This document shows positions 1-10,310 of a stretch of 64,000 bases of DNA, in pieces. Below the pieces are notes generated by a model, which saw only the letters and a program-made list of their open reading frames with translations, ran no database searches and had not been told where the DNA came from. How positions within the stretch are numbered: the first letter of the stretch is position 1; every line of letters starts with the position of its first letter. The stretch is from Candidatus Binataceae bacterium (GTDB lineage: Bacteria; Desulfobacterota; Binatia; Binatales; Binataceae): NCBI GenBank assembly GCA_035524375.1, contig DATKOZ010000047.1:113347-177346 (forward strand), written 5' to 3'. Position numbers and translations under genes: made by a program.

Positions 1-243
1 CATATCGAAAAAATCGCGTCCGGCTTTGCAAATCTGTTCGCGGAGCATATCTGGGATCCGGCGGCGCGCTCGGGATTATCCGCGGATCGGATGCGGGAAA
101 TTGCACAGACGCTGGAACGATTGCGGCCCGCTGCGTCGCTTGCGATTCAGGCAATTCTATCTCGCGAGCTGGAAAAGGCTGCCGCGCGCGAGGCAGCCCG
201 CCAAGCGATGCGATTCAGACGCCGCACAAAACCGCGGCATTAG
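1..243 (+). CDS. 3'-partial CDS (C-terminal 80 aa of an upstream gene), hypothetical
   Basis: Frame 1 is open from the window edge to TAG at 241-243 (...RMREIAQTLERLRPAASLAIQAILSRELEKAAAREAARQAMRFRRRTKPRH*). No recognisable domain. Confidence 0.3.
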   Translation, partial: HIEKIASGFANLFAEHIWDPAARSGLSADRMREIAQTLERLRPAASLAIQAILSRELEKAAAREAARQAMRFRRRTKPRH

Positions 244-353
244 CCATTAATCCCGTTAGTTATTGTTAAATTTTCGTTACTCGGTTCATTTCGCGATGCG
301 TCTGCGCTAAATCCGAATCACCGCCGATCTCATTTCCGGATTGCCGGCGGAGG

Positions 354-1064
354 ATGCAGATGAAGAAAAAATCTCGCAGATCGTACTTGATGGCTATTCC
401 GGTTGGCTTGGCGATCCTGAGTTCCGGATGCGCAGGATTCCAGGATTGGTACAACCAGCCGCGCGAATGGGGCAAATGCGCCGTCGGCGGAGCGGCAGTC
501 GGCGCGTTGGCCGGAGCCGGCGCCGGGTTCGGTATTGCGGAATCCAACAGCAACAGTGACGGCGGCCCCTCCCGGCAGGCATCCGGCGCGGTAATCGGAG
601 CCGCCACGGGCGCGTTGGTCGGTGCGATCGTCGGCCATTTCGTATGCGATTCGCCGCCGCCACCACCGCCTCCTCCACCACCCCCGCCGCCGCCACCGCC
701 ACCACCGCCGCCGGCGCCCGCCAAGCAGAAGATAGTCCTGCGTGGCGTCCACTTTGATTTCAACAAGTACAACATCCGCCCCGGCGATGCCGCCGTGCTT
801 GATGAAGCCGTGCCGGTGCTGAAGGCGAACCCAATGGTGATGGTCAACGTGAATGGCTACTGCGACGCAATCGGCAGCGTGAAATACAACCTCAAGTTGT
901 CTGACCGGCGCGCCAACTCCGTGGTGGAATACCTGACTCAGCAGGGGATTCCGTCCAGCCAGTTGATGCCGCACGGCTTCGGCAAGGCCGATTTCGTTGC
1001 AACCAACAAGACGGCCGAGGGCCGCGCGGAGAACCGCCGCGTCGAGCTGATACCTCAGGACTGA
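354..1064 (+). CDS. OmpA-family (Pal-like) outer-membrane lipoprotein with Gly-zipper N-domain and 20-residue poly-Pro linker
   Basis: Lipoprotein-type signal (LAILSSGC). Gly-zipper segment GGAAVGALAGAGAGFG. PPPP(x20) linker. C-terminal OmpA_C-like domain (NVNGYCDAIGSVKYNLKLSDRRANSVVEYL...NRRVEL). Confidence 0.85.
   Translation: MQMKKKSRRSYLMAIPVGLAILSSGCAGFQDWYNQPREWGKCAVGGAAVGALAGAGAGFGIAESNSNSDGGPSRQASGAVIGAATGALVGAIVGHFVCDSPPPPPPPPPPPPPPPPPPPPAPAKQKIVLRGVHFDFNKYNIRPGDAAVLDEAVPVLKANPMVMVNVNGYCDAIGSVKYNLKLSDRRANSVVEYLTQQGIPSSQLMPHGFGKADFVATNKTAEGRAENRRVELIPQD
654..713. repeat. (CCN)20 proline-codon homopolymeric tract inside the ompA-like gene
   Basis: Seen directly: ccg ccg cca cca ccg cct cct cca cca ccc ccg ccg ccg cca ccg cca cca ccg ccg ccg. 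The opposite strand reads poly-Gly. Low-complexity and slippage-prone. Confidence 0.8.
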
Positions 1065-1077
1065 GTGCATATTTGCG

Positions 1078-1110
1078 GCATGGCGCCCGGCCAAATCCGG
1101 ACGCCATGCC
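1078..1110 (+). terminator. Stem-loop after ompA-like gene (candidate intrinsic terminator)
   Basis: GGCATGGCG-cccggccaaatccgga-CGCCATGCC is a perfect 9-bp inverted repeat 14 nt after the stop. The downstream tract gcttcattgacattt is only moderately T-rich. Confidence 0.35.
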
Positions 1111-1164
1111 GCTTCATTGACATTTCCGCCGCGATTCCGAACACTCGAGCCGAGGGCATGCGTC

Positions 1165-1551
1165 ATGCGGCTGTTGCATACAATGATCCGGGTGAACAAC
1201 CTCGACGAGTCGCTCAAGTTTTATTGCGACATGCTAGGGATGAAGCTGCTCCGCAAGAAAGATTACCCTACCGGCGAATTCACCCTGGCCTTCGTCGGCT
1301 ACGGCGGCGAGGATGAGAACACCGTCGTCGAACTAACCTGGAACTGGGGAACCCCGAAGTACGAAATCGGCAACGCATTCGGCCATCTTGCGATTGGCGT
1401 GGACGATATTTACAAAACCTGCGCCGATCTTAAGGCCCAGGGCGTCAAAGTGATGCGCGAGCCGGGCCCGATGAAGCATGGCAGCACGGTGATTGCCTTC
1501 ATCGAGGATCCCAACGGCTACAAGATCGAATTGATCGAGCAGAATCGATAG
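1165..1551 (+). CDS. gloA: Lactoylglutathione lyase (glyoxalase I)
   Basis: MRLLHTMIRVNNLDESLKFYCDMLGMKLLRKKDYPTGEFTLAFVGYG...GHLAIGVDDIYKTCADLKAQGVKVMREPGPMKHGSTVIAFIEDPNGYKIELIE is the classic GloA/VOC pattern. The track ORF (1117) has a 16-aa N-extension, so I placed the start at the Met of MRLLHTM. Confidence 0.85.
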   Translation: MRLLHTMIRVNNLDESLKFYCDMLGMKLLRKKDYPTGEFTLAFVGYGGEDENTVVELTWNWGTPKYEIGNAFGHLAIGVDDIYKTCADLKAQGVKVMREPGPMKHGSTVIAFIEDPNGYKIELIEQNR

Positions 1552-1555
1552 CCAA

Positions 1556-2320
1556 TCAGGTGAGGCAGGTTACGACGATGCGGCCGTGCGCGTTTGCGTC
1601 GGCAAAGAAATCGCGCAGCGCGTGGAATTGATCGATCAGCATATTGATCTCATCGGGCTCCCAGCCGCCGGGATAGAGGCCGAGCGCCTCCATTTTGGCG
1701 GGGTCGAAGCGCGCTCTCATTTCGGCTTCGAGGTCGCCGCGGCTCAGTTCCTTGGTAATGTCGGCGACTGCCTTCGCGTCGAAATAGCGCGCCTCTCCGT
1801 AGCCAAGGTCGTCCTCGCCGATTTCCGTGCCGCCCATGATCACTTGACTAAGCAGCGTGGGCCCCGGCTCCGGCTTGCCGCACATCAGGTAATGAATTGA
1901 GTGCCAGTCCTTTTCCAGGGACAGCGATGCAGCCGGGGCCGTTCCGCCTGCTCCACCGCCAGCACCGCCGCCTCCACCAGCGCCGCCCGCCATTCCACGC
2001 AGCGCGCCCATCCGCGCCTGCATGGCGTTGAGCAGGGCCTCCATTCCCTCCCCGGATTTGAGCTTTTCGAGGCTGACGCCCATCGCTTCGAACTGCTTTG
2101 CCATCCGATCTCGCATCTCCGGCGGCATCCGATCCAACTGCGCCGCCAGCGCTCCCGGCGCCATGCGCTTGGCGCGTTCCCGCATCGCGTCGGCTAGGCC
2201 CGCAAACTTCTCCATTGCGGGCGCCTTCCCCATGAATAGTTCGGTTACCGACTCAGGATTGGAAAGAATTTTCTTGAACTGATCCGGCTCAACTTGCACG
2301 AACTTACCGATCATCGACAT
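1556..2320 (-). CDS. DUF1877/YfbM-like protein with internal Gly-rich linker
   Basis: Motif SLEKDWHSIHYLMCG resembles the YfbM/DUF1877 signature as I recall it. GGAGGGGGAGGGAGG linker. Start placed at ATG 2320-2318, preceded by GGAGGG at 9-nt spacing (track ORF starts at 2365). Confidence 0.5.
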   Translation of the reverse strand: MSMIGKFVQVEPDQFKKILSNPESVTELFMGKAPAMEKFAGLADAMRERAKRMAPGALAAQLDRMPPEMRDRMAKQFEAMGVSLEKLKSGEGMEALLNAMQARMGALRGMAGGAGGGGGAGGGAGGTAPAASLSLEKDWHSIHYLMCGKPEPGPTLLSQVIMGGTEIGEDDLGYGEARYFDAKAVADITKELSRGDLEAEMRARFDPAKMEALGLYPGGWEPDEINMLIDQFHALRDFFADANAHGRIVVTCLT

Positions 2321-2406
2321 GGCGGTATTCCCTCCCCGGGGCCTCAAGCATCTGCCCGTTGTCACGAGCCTGTCAAGCGAATGATTACGGCGGCGCCAGG
2401 ATCTGT

Positions 2407-3273
2407 TTAGTGCGCTGGATTTGAGTTGTCTTCGACGAACGGCGGCGTCTGAGTCACGACCATCACCTGTTCCAGGCCGCGAAATTCCGCAGCCGGCTCG
2501 ATCGCGACGCCGATGAACAGGCCGGGGCCTTCGCGATGGACGCCCTTGACGGTGCCGACCAATAATCCGCGCGGAAAGATTCCATCCAATCCGGAAGTCA
2601 CGATCGTGTCGCCCTTGCGGATATCCTGAGAGCGGTCGACGTACTTCATGATTATTCCGTCATCGGCGGTTCCGGCGACGATTCCGCGTGCGCGGGAACG
2701 CTGGTCGAAACCATCCAGCGCGGAGTTGTGATCGTTAATCAGTAGCACGCGCGCCGCATGCGGGCTGGTCGCGATTATCCGGCCGATCACGCCTTCGTTC
2801 CCGATAACCGCCATCCCGGATTGAATTCCGATTTGCGCGCCGCCGCTAACGATGAGCGTACGATTTAGTCCGGTCGCGTCGCTGCCGATCACATTGGCCG
2901 CAACCGCGTTGAGCCCGAGCGCATCGCGCAGTTCGAGCATCTCGCTCAAATGGCGGTTCTCGGTTTCCAGCTCCGCCAGCTTTGCGCGATCGCTCTTGAC
3001 GTGCGCCAATTCATCGCGCAGGCGGGCGTTCTCCTCGCGCACATGGACCAGCTCAAGATAATCCCGCACTATCGACGCGGTTCCCTCCGACAGCCGCGCA
3101 AAGGCGGCGTCCAAGGGATGCAGAGCCTCAAGGATTGCCGATTGAGGGCGCGCCGCAAGATCGCCCGGCCGCACCCCGGAAGAGATCAAATGAAGTGAAA
3201 GAATCAGCAGCACACCGCCGGTCAGCGGTACGCGATTTCGCCATAGAAAGCCGCCTTTCTCTTTAACGGCCAT
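2407..3273 (-). CDS. mreC: Rod shape-determining protein MreC
   Basis: N-terminal TM, coiled-coil (LRDELAHVKSDRAKLAELETENRHLSEMLELR), and C-terminal beta domain GTVKGV...GLFIGVAIEP are typical of MreC. Lies directly downstream of mreB. Confidence 0.9.
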   Translation of the reverse strand: MAVKEKGGFLWRNRVPLTGGVLLILSLHLISSGVRPGDLAARPQSAILEALHPLDAAFARLSEGTASIVRDYLELVHVREENARLRDELAHVKSDRAKLAELETENRHLSEMLELRDALGLNAVAANVIGSDATGLNRTLIVSGGAQIGIQSGMAVIGNEGVIGRIIATSPHAARVLLINDHNSALDGFDQRSRARGIVAGTADDGIIMKYVDRSQDIRKGDTIVTSGLDGIFPRGLLVGTVKGVHREGPGLFIGVAIEPAAEFRGLEQVMVVTQTPPFVEDNSNPAH

Positions 3274-3305
3274 AAGGCGAAGGATTTATGAATCCGCCGG
3301 GGGCG

Positions 3306-4358
<1,053 letters not shown>

Positions 4359-4453
4359 TTAATGCGCGCGGCTTTTTCGCCAATGCCGACGCTATTACTT
4401 TCCTAGTCCAAGCTTACAGGCGCCAACCCGCACAGGCAAGCGACAGGGTTCAA

Positions 4454-4483
4454 TTGCGCACAGGAAACCCGGTGCAGTAATAG
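4454..4483 (+). promoter_or_regulatory. sigma70-like promoter upstream of TMTC-like gene (TTGCGC-18 bp-TAATAG), spacer shares motif with the ppiD element
   Basis: TTGCGCacaggaaacccggtgcagTAATAG. The spacer GGAAA.CCG.TGCAG recurs at 6715-6744. Confidence 0.3.
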
Positions 4484-4559
4484 ATTAGTTTAGATAGTTC
4501 GGCCCGCGCGCCTAATAATGAAGTAATGCGGCGCAAGAGGAGCTAGTTTTCGCCGGCAC

Positions 4560-6680
4560 ATGACATCTGAAGACCGCGTTATCGCTGCGAAAGAACAGCC
4601 GCCGACAATTCCACCGGTTCCGTTGCAATCGTTCTTCGCAAAACTGGTGGGGGGGGATGCGCGGGCCGGGATCTGGCTAGCGGCGATTCTGATTGTCACG
4701 GCCATCGTATACAGCCGCAGCTTCGACAATGATTTCATGTACGATGAGCGCCCGTTAATCGTTAACAACCAATACATCGGGAATTGGTCCTTTACATGGA
4801 AATCGCTGGCCAACGACGAATTGTACCTTCTCGACCCACTTCATCAGGCCCAGAGTTCCCATTTCCGGGCCCAGAATTTGTATTACCGCCCGATGGTAAG
4901 CCTCTGGATGGCGCTGAACTTCCATCTCTTTGGGAGCCATCCGGCCGGATGGCATGCGGCGACGATTTCGCTCCATCTTTTCGTAGTGTGGCTTGTATTT
5001 TGTATTACGTCGCTTCTGGCCGCCGACCTCTGGACGGCGTTGCTGGCCGCAGCGCTATTCGCATTGATGCCGCTTCATGCCGAGTCCGTAGTTGCCACCT
5101 TCGCGTTGCCGCTGTGCGTCGCATTCGAGTTGGGCTCGTTCGAATTTTACCTGCGTCGCAACGCAAGCCCAGTCTGTGATGGGCGGAGGACTCGCTGGCT
5201 CGCGTTCTCGCTCGTATTGTTTGGCGGTGCGATGCTGACTTATGAAATTGCGGCCACGGTTCCCGTCCTCATTGCGGTCCACGCCTTTATTCTTGGGCCA
5301 AATTGGCACGCTCGGCCAAGGAGGCCGCTGGCGGAAAGAGCGTACGATGCCCTCGCCGTGGTCTGGCCCTATGCACTTGAAGTGGCCGCCTATATGGCAC
5401 TGCGGCATTGGGCGCTGATGGCCGTAAGCGGTAGGACGAAGCCTTTCCTCCCGCCGAATATGATGGAGCACTTGCTGCTGGATGCGGCTCTCTTGGCGCT
5501 GAATCTACCGAGGGTTCTAGCGATCTTCCTGATTATGCTTGTGGTACCGTGGTACGCTGGACCGACACATCGTATCGATTTTTTTGGTTCCGATGCCGTA
5601 TGGAGCGTTACAGCACCCGGGTTCTACCTACCGCTTGCTGGCTTGGCGATGTTTTGCGGCTTGGTGTTCTTTCTGCTCAGGGGCCATCCGCGGCGCCGCC
5701 TCTACTGCTTTTGCGCCGCTTGGATTGTGATAACATTCGCCCCCGTACTCAGTCTGCTCGTATTCTGGGTCGATAGTCTCTTTCAAGATCGCTATCTCTA
5801 CCTGCCCTCGTTCGGATTGTGTGTGATGGCCGCAGACTTGGCGATCGTGTTTGCGCGTGACAGCGAACGGAAAGCTAAAGCGGTTTGGGTTGGGGCGGCC
5901 GTCGCGCTGGTTGCCTATGCTGTCCTGCTCTTCTCCGTGCAGCGTTTCTGGCACGATGACGTCGCACTATTTTCCTACTATGTTGAGAAAAGACCGAATG
6001 ATTCAAATGCGCACTTTCAGTTGGGATATGCTCTCCAGGAGCATGGCGACTTGGCAAACGCGCGCCAAGAGATCCAGACGACCATATCGCTTGAACCCCA
6101 AGCTGGCCCGAATCGGTTCGCTACCTTGGCACGCGTGGACGAGCGGCTCGGTGACCACGCAGCCGCCGCACGCGTGCTGGCGCAATGGGTCAAGAGTCTG
6201 GAGCATCCGGCCGCCGGTGCGTACGCCGAATTGGCATTGGCCGCGGATGCTGCTGGCGATACAAAGGGATCCGAAGCAGCGCTGACAGAGGCGGCGGCGC
6301 TGCCGGGCGGCGCGCAAACCGCGGCGACTGCCGACGCGCAGATTCGTTTCCGGCACGGCGACCGCAAGCGCGCCGAGGAAATCTTGAACGAATTGCTCCA
6401 CCGTCATCCGGACAACGCCGAGGCACTCGATGTGCTCGGCGCAGTCCTGTTGGCCGAGCAGAACTATGGCGAGGCGGTTCAGGCCTACCGGCGCGAGGTT
6501 TCGGTTTTGCCCAATGCGCCGGGCCTTCATTACAAGCTCGCCCTGGCGCTCCATCAGATGGGCAGCGATCATGAGGCCCGCGACACATGCTCAATTGCGC
6601 TGACTGAGGCGCCAAATGATCCCAAGGCGACGGCGCTGATGGCCGCAATCGAGGCGGCCCTGCGGGTCCCCTCGAGGTAA
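4560..6680 (+). CDS. TMTC-like polytopic membrane protein (GT-C/PMT-like N-domain) with C-terminal TPR repeats
   Basis: About 11 predicted TM helices. Motif SRSFDNDFMYDERPLIVNNQYIGN is typical of bacterial TMTC/DUF1736-type proteins. C-terminal TPR-like repeats (NAHFQLGYALQEHGDLANARQEI..., AEALDVLGAVLLAEQNYGEAVQAYRREV..., GLHYKLALALHQMGSDHEAR). Confidence 0.55.
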   Translation: MTSEDRVIAAKEQPPTIPPVPLQSFFAKLVGGDARAGIWLAAILIVTAIVYSRSFDNDFMYDERPLIVNNQYIGNWSFTWKSLANDELYLLDPLHQAQSSHFRAQNLYYRPMVSLWMALNFHLFGSHPAGWHAATISLHLFVVWLVFCITSLLAADLWTALLAAALFALMPLHAESVVATFALPLCVAFELGSFEFYLRRNASPVCDGRRTRWLAFSLVLFGGAMLTYEIAATVPVLIAVHAFILGPNWHARPRRPLAERAYDALAVVWPYALEVAAYMALRHWALMAVSGRTKPFLPPNMMEHLLLDAALLALNLPRVLAIFLIMLVVPWYAGPTHRIDFFGSDAVWSVTAPGFYLPLAGLAMFCGLVFFLLRGHPRRRLYCFCAAWIVITFAPVLSLLVFWVDSLFQDRYLYLPSFGLCVMAADLAIVFARDSERKAKAVWVGAAVALVAYAVLLFSVQRFWHDDVALFSYYVEKRPNDSNAHFQLGYALQEHGDLANARQEIQTTISLEPQAGPNRFATLARVDERLGDHAAAARVLAQWVKSLEHPAAGAYAELALAADAAGDTKGSEAALTEAAALPGGAQTAATADAQIRFRHGDRKRAEEILNELLHRHPDNAEALDVLGAVLLAEQNYGEAVQAYRREVSVLPNAPGLHYKLALALHQMGSDHEARDTCSIALTEAPNDPKATALMAAIEAALRVPSR

Positions 6681-6714
6681 AATCCGCACTGCGCTGACAA
6701 GGCGTCGCTTCAAT

Positions 6715-6744
6715 TGCACATGGGAAAGCCGCTGCAGTAGAATA
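6715..6744 (+). promoter_or_regulatory. sigma70-like promoter (TTGCAC-18 bp-TAGAAT) ending 9 nt before the ppiD ATG (possible leaderless or short-leader transcript)
   Basis: TTGCACatgggaaagccgctgcagTAGAAT. The ATG at 6753 has no room for an SD sequence. Confidence 0.3.
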
Positions 6745-6752
6745 CCCCGACC

Positions 6753-8663
6753 ATGTTAGATGCAATGCGCCGCCACGCGTATTCGTGGTTTACTCGTGCG
6801 GTTCTTATATTTCTGGCCCTAATCCTGACCTTCTGGGGCTTGGGCTCAAGCTTTTTGACCCAGGTAAAGCCGGTTGCCGAAGTCAACGGCCAGCGGATTC
6901 TGGCCGAACAAGTCGAGACTCAGGCGGGGCAAATGCGCGAGCGGCTCTCACGGATGTACGGTGCCAACGCATCGACAATTCTCAAAAACGCTAACCTCCG
7001 ACAACAGGCGCTCGATCAACTGATCGAGCGGCAGTTAATCGCCGACGAGGCGCATCATCTGGGCATCCAAATCAGCACCGAGGCCTTACAGTCGCGTATC
7101 CAGAGCGACACCGTGTTTCAGCAGGACGGCCAGTTCGATTTCACGCGGTACCAAGAGATTCTCGAGAATAACAATTTGACGCCGTCCGAGTACGAATCCG
7201 ACCAACGCGATTCGATGGAAGAAGGGGCGTTGCGCGGAATGATCGACGCTGGCGTCATGGTCAGCGAGGGCGAGGTAAAGCACGCCTTCGATATCGGTCA
7301 TCAGAAGATCGGCCTGCGCTACGCCGAATTCCCTTATGCGGATTTCACCGCAAAAATTTCGCCGTCAGAGAAGGACATTCAGGATTACTACGCCAAACAC
7401 AGCGAGCAGTTCCGCGAGCCGGAACGGGTAAAGATCGTTTTCATCCACTACGAGCCTGAAGCGATGGCTGCGAATTACACGCCGACCGACAAGGAAATCA
7501 AGGACGTTTACGATCGATACGCGAAGACGCGTTTTTCGCATCCCGAAGAGGCGCGGGCGCATCACATTTTGATCGCCGTGCCGGCTGGCGCCAGCGATGC
7601 CGACAAGGCAAAAGCCAAGGCCAAGGCTCAAGATGTACTCAAGCAGGCGCAATCCGGCGGCGATTTTGCCGCTCTCGCGTCCAAATATTCCGACGATCCC
7701 GGCAGCCGCCATCAGGGCGGCGATTTGGGCACGTTCGGTCGCGGCCAGATGGTCAAGCCGTTCGAGAACATGGTGTTCTCGATGAAGCCCGGGCAGATAT
7801 CGTTCGTCGAGACCCAATTCGGATTTCACGTGATCCGCCTCGATGAACTCAAGCCTGCGCATTCGGACACGATCGATGAAGCGCGCCAGGGAATTATCGA
7901 CGAACTGCGTCAGGATGCCGGCAAGCGGCTGGTTAATGCTGCACTGCAAGGGGACGTATCCGCGGCAGCCGGCGGAGCGAACCTGCAGGATCTTGCGAAG
8001 AAGCGCTCGATGGAAGCGGTTGAGACCCCGTTCTTCGGTGCTGACGATCCGAACAAGCCTGCGGACCTTGCTCGTGAGGTAATCAGCCCAGTCTTTGCGA
8101 TGACGCCGGGACAGGTGCGCGCGGTTCCCGCCCAGGAAGCGCCGTACCTGATTAAACTCCTCGATCGCAAAGAGTCGCGAATACCGCCGCTGAAGGAAAT
8201 CGAGCCGCAAGTACGGGAGGCGCTGATCCGCACACTGGCGGAGGATCAGGCACAGGCAGCGGCGCAAAAGATGCTCGCCGGAATAAAGAGCCCCGCTGAT
8301 TTCGACGCGTCCGCCGCCGCAAACCATCTGATTGTGAAATCCATCGATCCGTTTTCTGCCACCACACAAAACGTGCCGGGGATCGGCCCGTTTCCCGAGG
8401 TTTCCGAATTGGCCGGATTGGCGCCGTCGGTTCCCGCGATGCTCGAGCGTACGATGCGCAACGGTGGCAATGCCTACATCTTCGAGTTGACTTCCCGCAC
8501 GGGGCCGACGGACGAAGATTGGCAGAGCGCAAAGCAGTCTTTCACCCAGCAGTATTTGTATCAGCGGCGCTCGCAAGCGTGGTCGCAATTTCTCGATCAG
8601 TTGAAGGATCAGGCCAGCATCAAAATCGATACGGAACAACTCGGCGCCGCATCGTCGATGTAA
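6753..8663 (+). CDS. ppiD: Periplasmic chaperone PpiD (SurA-like, parvulin-type PPIase domain)
   Basis: N-terminal TM anchor (AVLIFLALILTFWGLG), SurA_N-like region, and parvulin domain HHILIAV...GGDLGTFGRGQMVKPFENMVFSMKPGQISFVETQFGFHVIRL. Confidence 0.8.
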   Translation: MLDAMRRHAYSWFTRAVLIFLALILTFWGLGSSFLTQVKPVAEVNGQRILAEQVETQAGQMRERLSRMYGANASTILKNANLRQQALDQLIERQLIADEAHHLGIQISTEALQSRIQSDTVFQQDGQFDFTRYQEILENNNLTPSEYESDQRDSMEEGALRGMIDAGVMVSEGEVKHAFDIGHQKIGLRYAEFPYADFTAKISPSEKDIQDYYAKHSEQFREPERVKIVFIHYEPEAMAANYTPTDKEIKDVYDRYAKTRFSHPEEARAHHILIAVPAGASDADKAKAKAKAQDVLKQAQSGGDFAALASKYSDDPGSRHQGGDLGTFGRGQMVKPFENMVFSMKPGQISFVETQFGFHVIRLDELKPAHSDTIDEARQGIIDELRQDAGKRLVNAALQGDVSAAAGGANLQDLAKKRSMEAVETPFFGADDPNKPADLAREVISPVFAMTPGQVRAVPAQEAPYLIKLLDRKESRIPPLKEIEPQVREALIRTLAEDQAQAAAQKMLAGIKSPADFDASAAANHLIVKSIDPFSATTQNVPGIGPFPEVSELAGLAPSVPAMLERTMRNGGNAYIFELTSRTGPTDEDWQSAKQSFTQQYLYQRRSQAWSQFLDQLKDQASIKIDTEQLGAASSM

Positions 8664-8693
8664 AGGAACTCCGTTCACGCGCGAGCGTTAACT

Positions 8694-9524
8694 GTGAATC
8701 CAACCGGCAGCGATCCGCACCCACCCAGCCTATCGCAGGTTGAAACGGGCGATTTTTTCTTTGCCGGTCAGGGCGTGAGCGTGCTGCTCATCCACGGCCT
8801 TACCGGGACTCCATACGAAATGCGCTACCTTGGCGAGCGACTGGCCGCGCGCGGCCTGCGCGTTCGCGGCATCAAGGTGGCCGGTCATGCCGGAGAGCCC
8901 TGGGAACTGGGTTTGACCAGCTACGATAATTGGTATGAGAGCGCGGTGAGAGGATTCGAGGAATTGCGCGCATACGGCGATCCGATCGTGGTCGTCGGCC
9001 TGTCGATGGGCGCGCTCCTGGCGGCGCGGCTAGCCGCCGATCAACGCGATTCGGTGGCGGGACTGGTGATGCTTTCGCCGTCATTTTTTCTGCCCACGTC
9101 AACGATGATCGCGGTCAAAATCGCGGCGCTTCTGGGCTCGCTGGCCGAAAAAGTTTATCTGTACAACCCAGCCGGCTCGGACATTCACGACGCCGCCGCA
9201 CGCGAGATTCACCCCAGCGCCCGCCTGATGCCGTTGATGGCGCCGATCCGGCTGCTAGAACTGTCTGCGATTGTGAAGCCGCGGCTGGCGCAAATCACGC
9301 AGCCAGCACTCGTCATACATGCGATACACGATCACACGTGCCCGATTCGCAAAAACGTTGATTTCGTGATGAAGCATCTGGGCAGCACGGAGAAGCGCGC
9401 AATTGAGCTTGAGGACAGCTACCACGTAATCACGGTGGACAGTGAAAAGGATCGCGTCGCAAACGAGGTAATCGAATTCGTACTGCGCTTCAGAGTCGCT
9501 CCGCAAAAGCGCGCCACCGGATAG
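8694..9524 (+). CDS. Alpha/beta-hydrolase fold carboxylesterase/lipase
   Basis: LLIHGLTGTPYEM...VVGLSMGALLA (GxSxG nucleophile elbow) with later HD/H motifs. GTG start. Confidence 0.7.
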   Translation: MNPTGSDPHPPSLSQVETGDFFFAGQGVSVLLIHGLTGTPYEMRYLGERLAARGLRVRGIKVAGHAGEPWELGLTSYDNWYESAVRGFEELRAYGDPIVVVGLSMGALLAARLAADQRDSVAGLVMLSPSFFLPTSTMIAVKIAALLGSLAEKVYLYNPAGSDIHDAAAREIHPSARLMPLMAPIRLLELSAIVKPRLAQITQPALVIHAIHDHTCPIRKNVDFVMKHLGSTEKRAIELEDSYHVITVDSEKDRVANEVIEFVLRFRVAPQKRATG

Positions 9525-9537
9525 GGCTCGCGTCTGG

Positions 9538-10293
9538 TTACTTTCCGAGCATTGCCAGAACGTTAACCAGCGGCGCGCTGGAAATCTTGATCAAGCCGGT
9601 GAACGGCTGATCGAGTTCCAGAATCAGAAATATCGCCCCAGACACTGACATCGCGCTGACCAGCATCGTGATTATCACGGTTGCGTTGCGCGGCGCGAAC
9701 AATCCAAAGCTGACGAACAGGATGGTCAGCCAAAAGACCACCACCACCAAAAATGGAGTTGAAATTGAAGAACCGCCCTGCTCGAACAACAGCCATCGCG
9801 TTTGCCAAACTCTAATCGCGATTGATTCGGCTTGCGACTGAATCGAGTGCTGAGACTCGGTGCGCGGCGTCAATTCCTCTATTTTATCGAAGATTATTTC
9901 TTTTGCAGCCGAGGGCGCATTGTTCTCATCCGCCGATGCGCCATCCTTGGGCCAAGTCAAATCGATCAGCCGGGCAAGGCCCGCCTTCAGCATGCCCCGC
10001 ACCTCGGCGGTTTCGGGCCCGTAGTGAGCCAGCAGCCGATCCAGCAGAATCGCGTCGGCCGCCAATTGAGTAAGCTCGTTGCTTCGGGTGTCGTAAGAAC
10101 TCTTGGCCGTAGCCACCATCAGGCCAAGTACCAGGGCGGACATGGTTCCGATCAATCCGACGCCGAGCTTAACCGTGTCCTTGGTGTCGGTGCTCAGATG
10201 ATGCTCCGGAATGATCGTACGCAGCCACACGCCTAGCATCGCACCGCCGAATACACTTGCGAACACGATGGCGGTAATTTCGATTGGGCTCAT
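9538..10293 (-). CDS. DUF4239-like membrane protein (2 TM, soluble core, 2 TM)
   Basis: Topology read from sequence: TM AIVFASVFGGAMLGVWL and GVGLIGTMSALVLGLMVA, about 120-aa soluble domain, then TM PFLVVVVFWLTILFVSFGLFA and VIITMLVSAMSVSGAIFLILEL. Start placed at Met of MSPIEI (the 65-aa N-extension in the track ORF is unsupported). Confidence 0.45.
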   Translation of the reverse strand: MSPIEITAIVFASVFGGAMLGVWLRTIIPEHHLSTDTKDTVKLGVGLIGTMSALVLGLMVATAKSSYDTRSNELTQLAADAILLDRLLAHYGPETAEVRGMLKAGLARLIDLTWPKDGASADENNAPSAAKEIIFDKIEELTPRTESQHSIQSQAESIAIRVWQTRWLLFEQGGSSISTPFLVVVVFWLTILFVSFGLFAPRNATVIITMLVSAMSVSGAIFLILELDQPFTGLIKISSAPLVNVLAMLGK

Positions 10294-10310
10294 GGTCCAG
10301 CTCGCCGGAA

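Noticed and set aside
4461-4476. sigma54-type promoter (GG-N10-GC) in the GGAAACCCGGTGCAG spacer motif, and similar at 42330 (CTGGCACGCGAATAGAG upstream of katG)
   Set aside because: The GG/GC spacing is 9 rather than 10 in the first case. The second lacks the TTGC -12 element. Both are better explained as sigma70 spacer sequence or chance.
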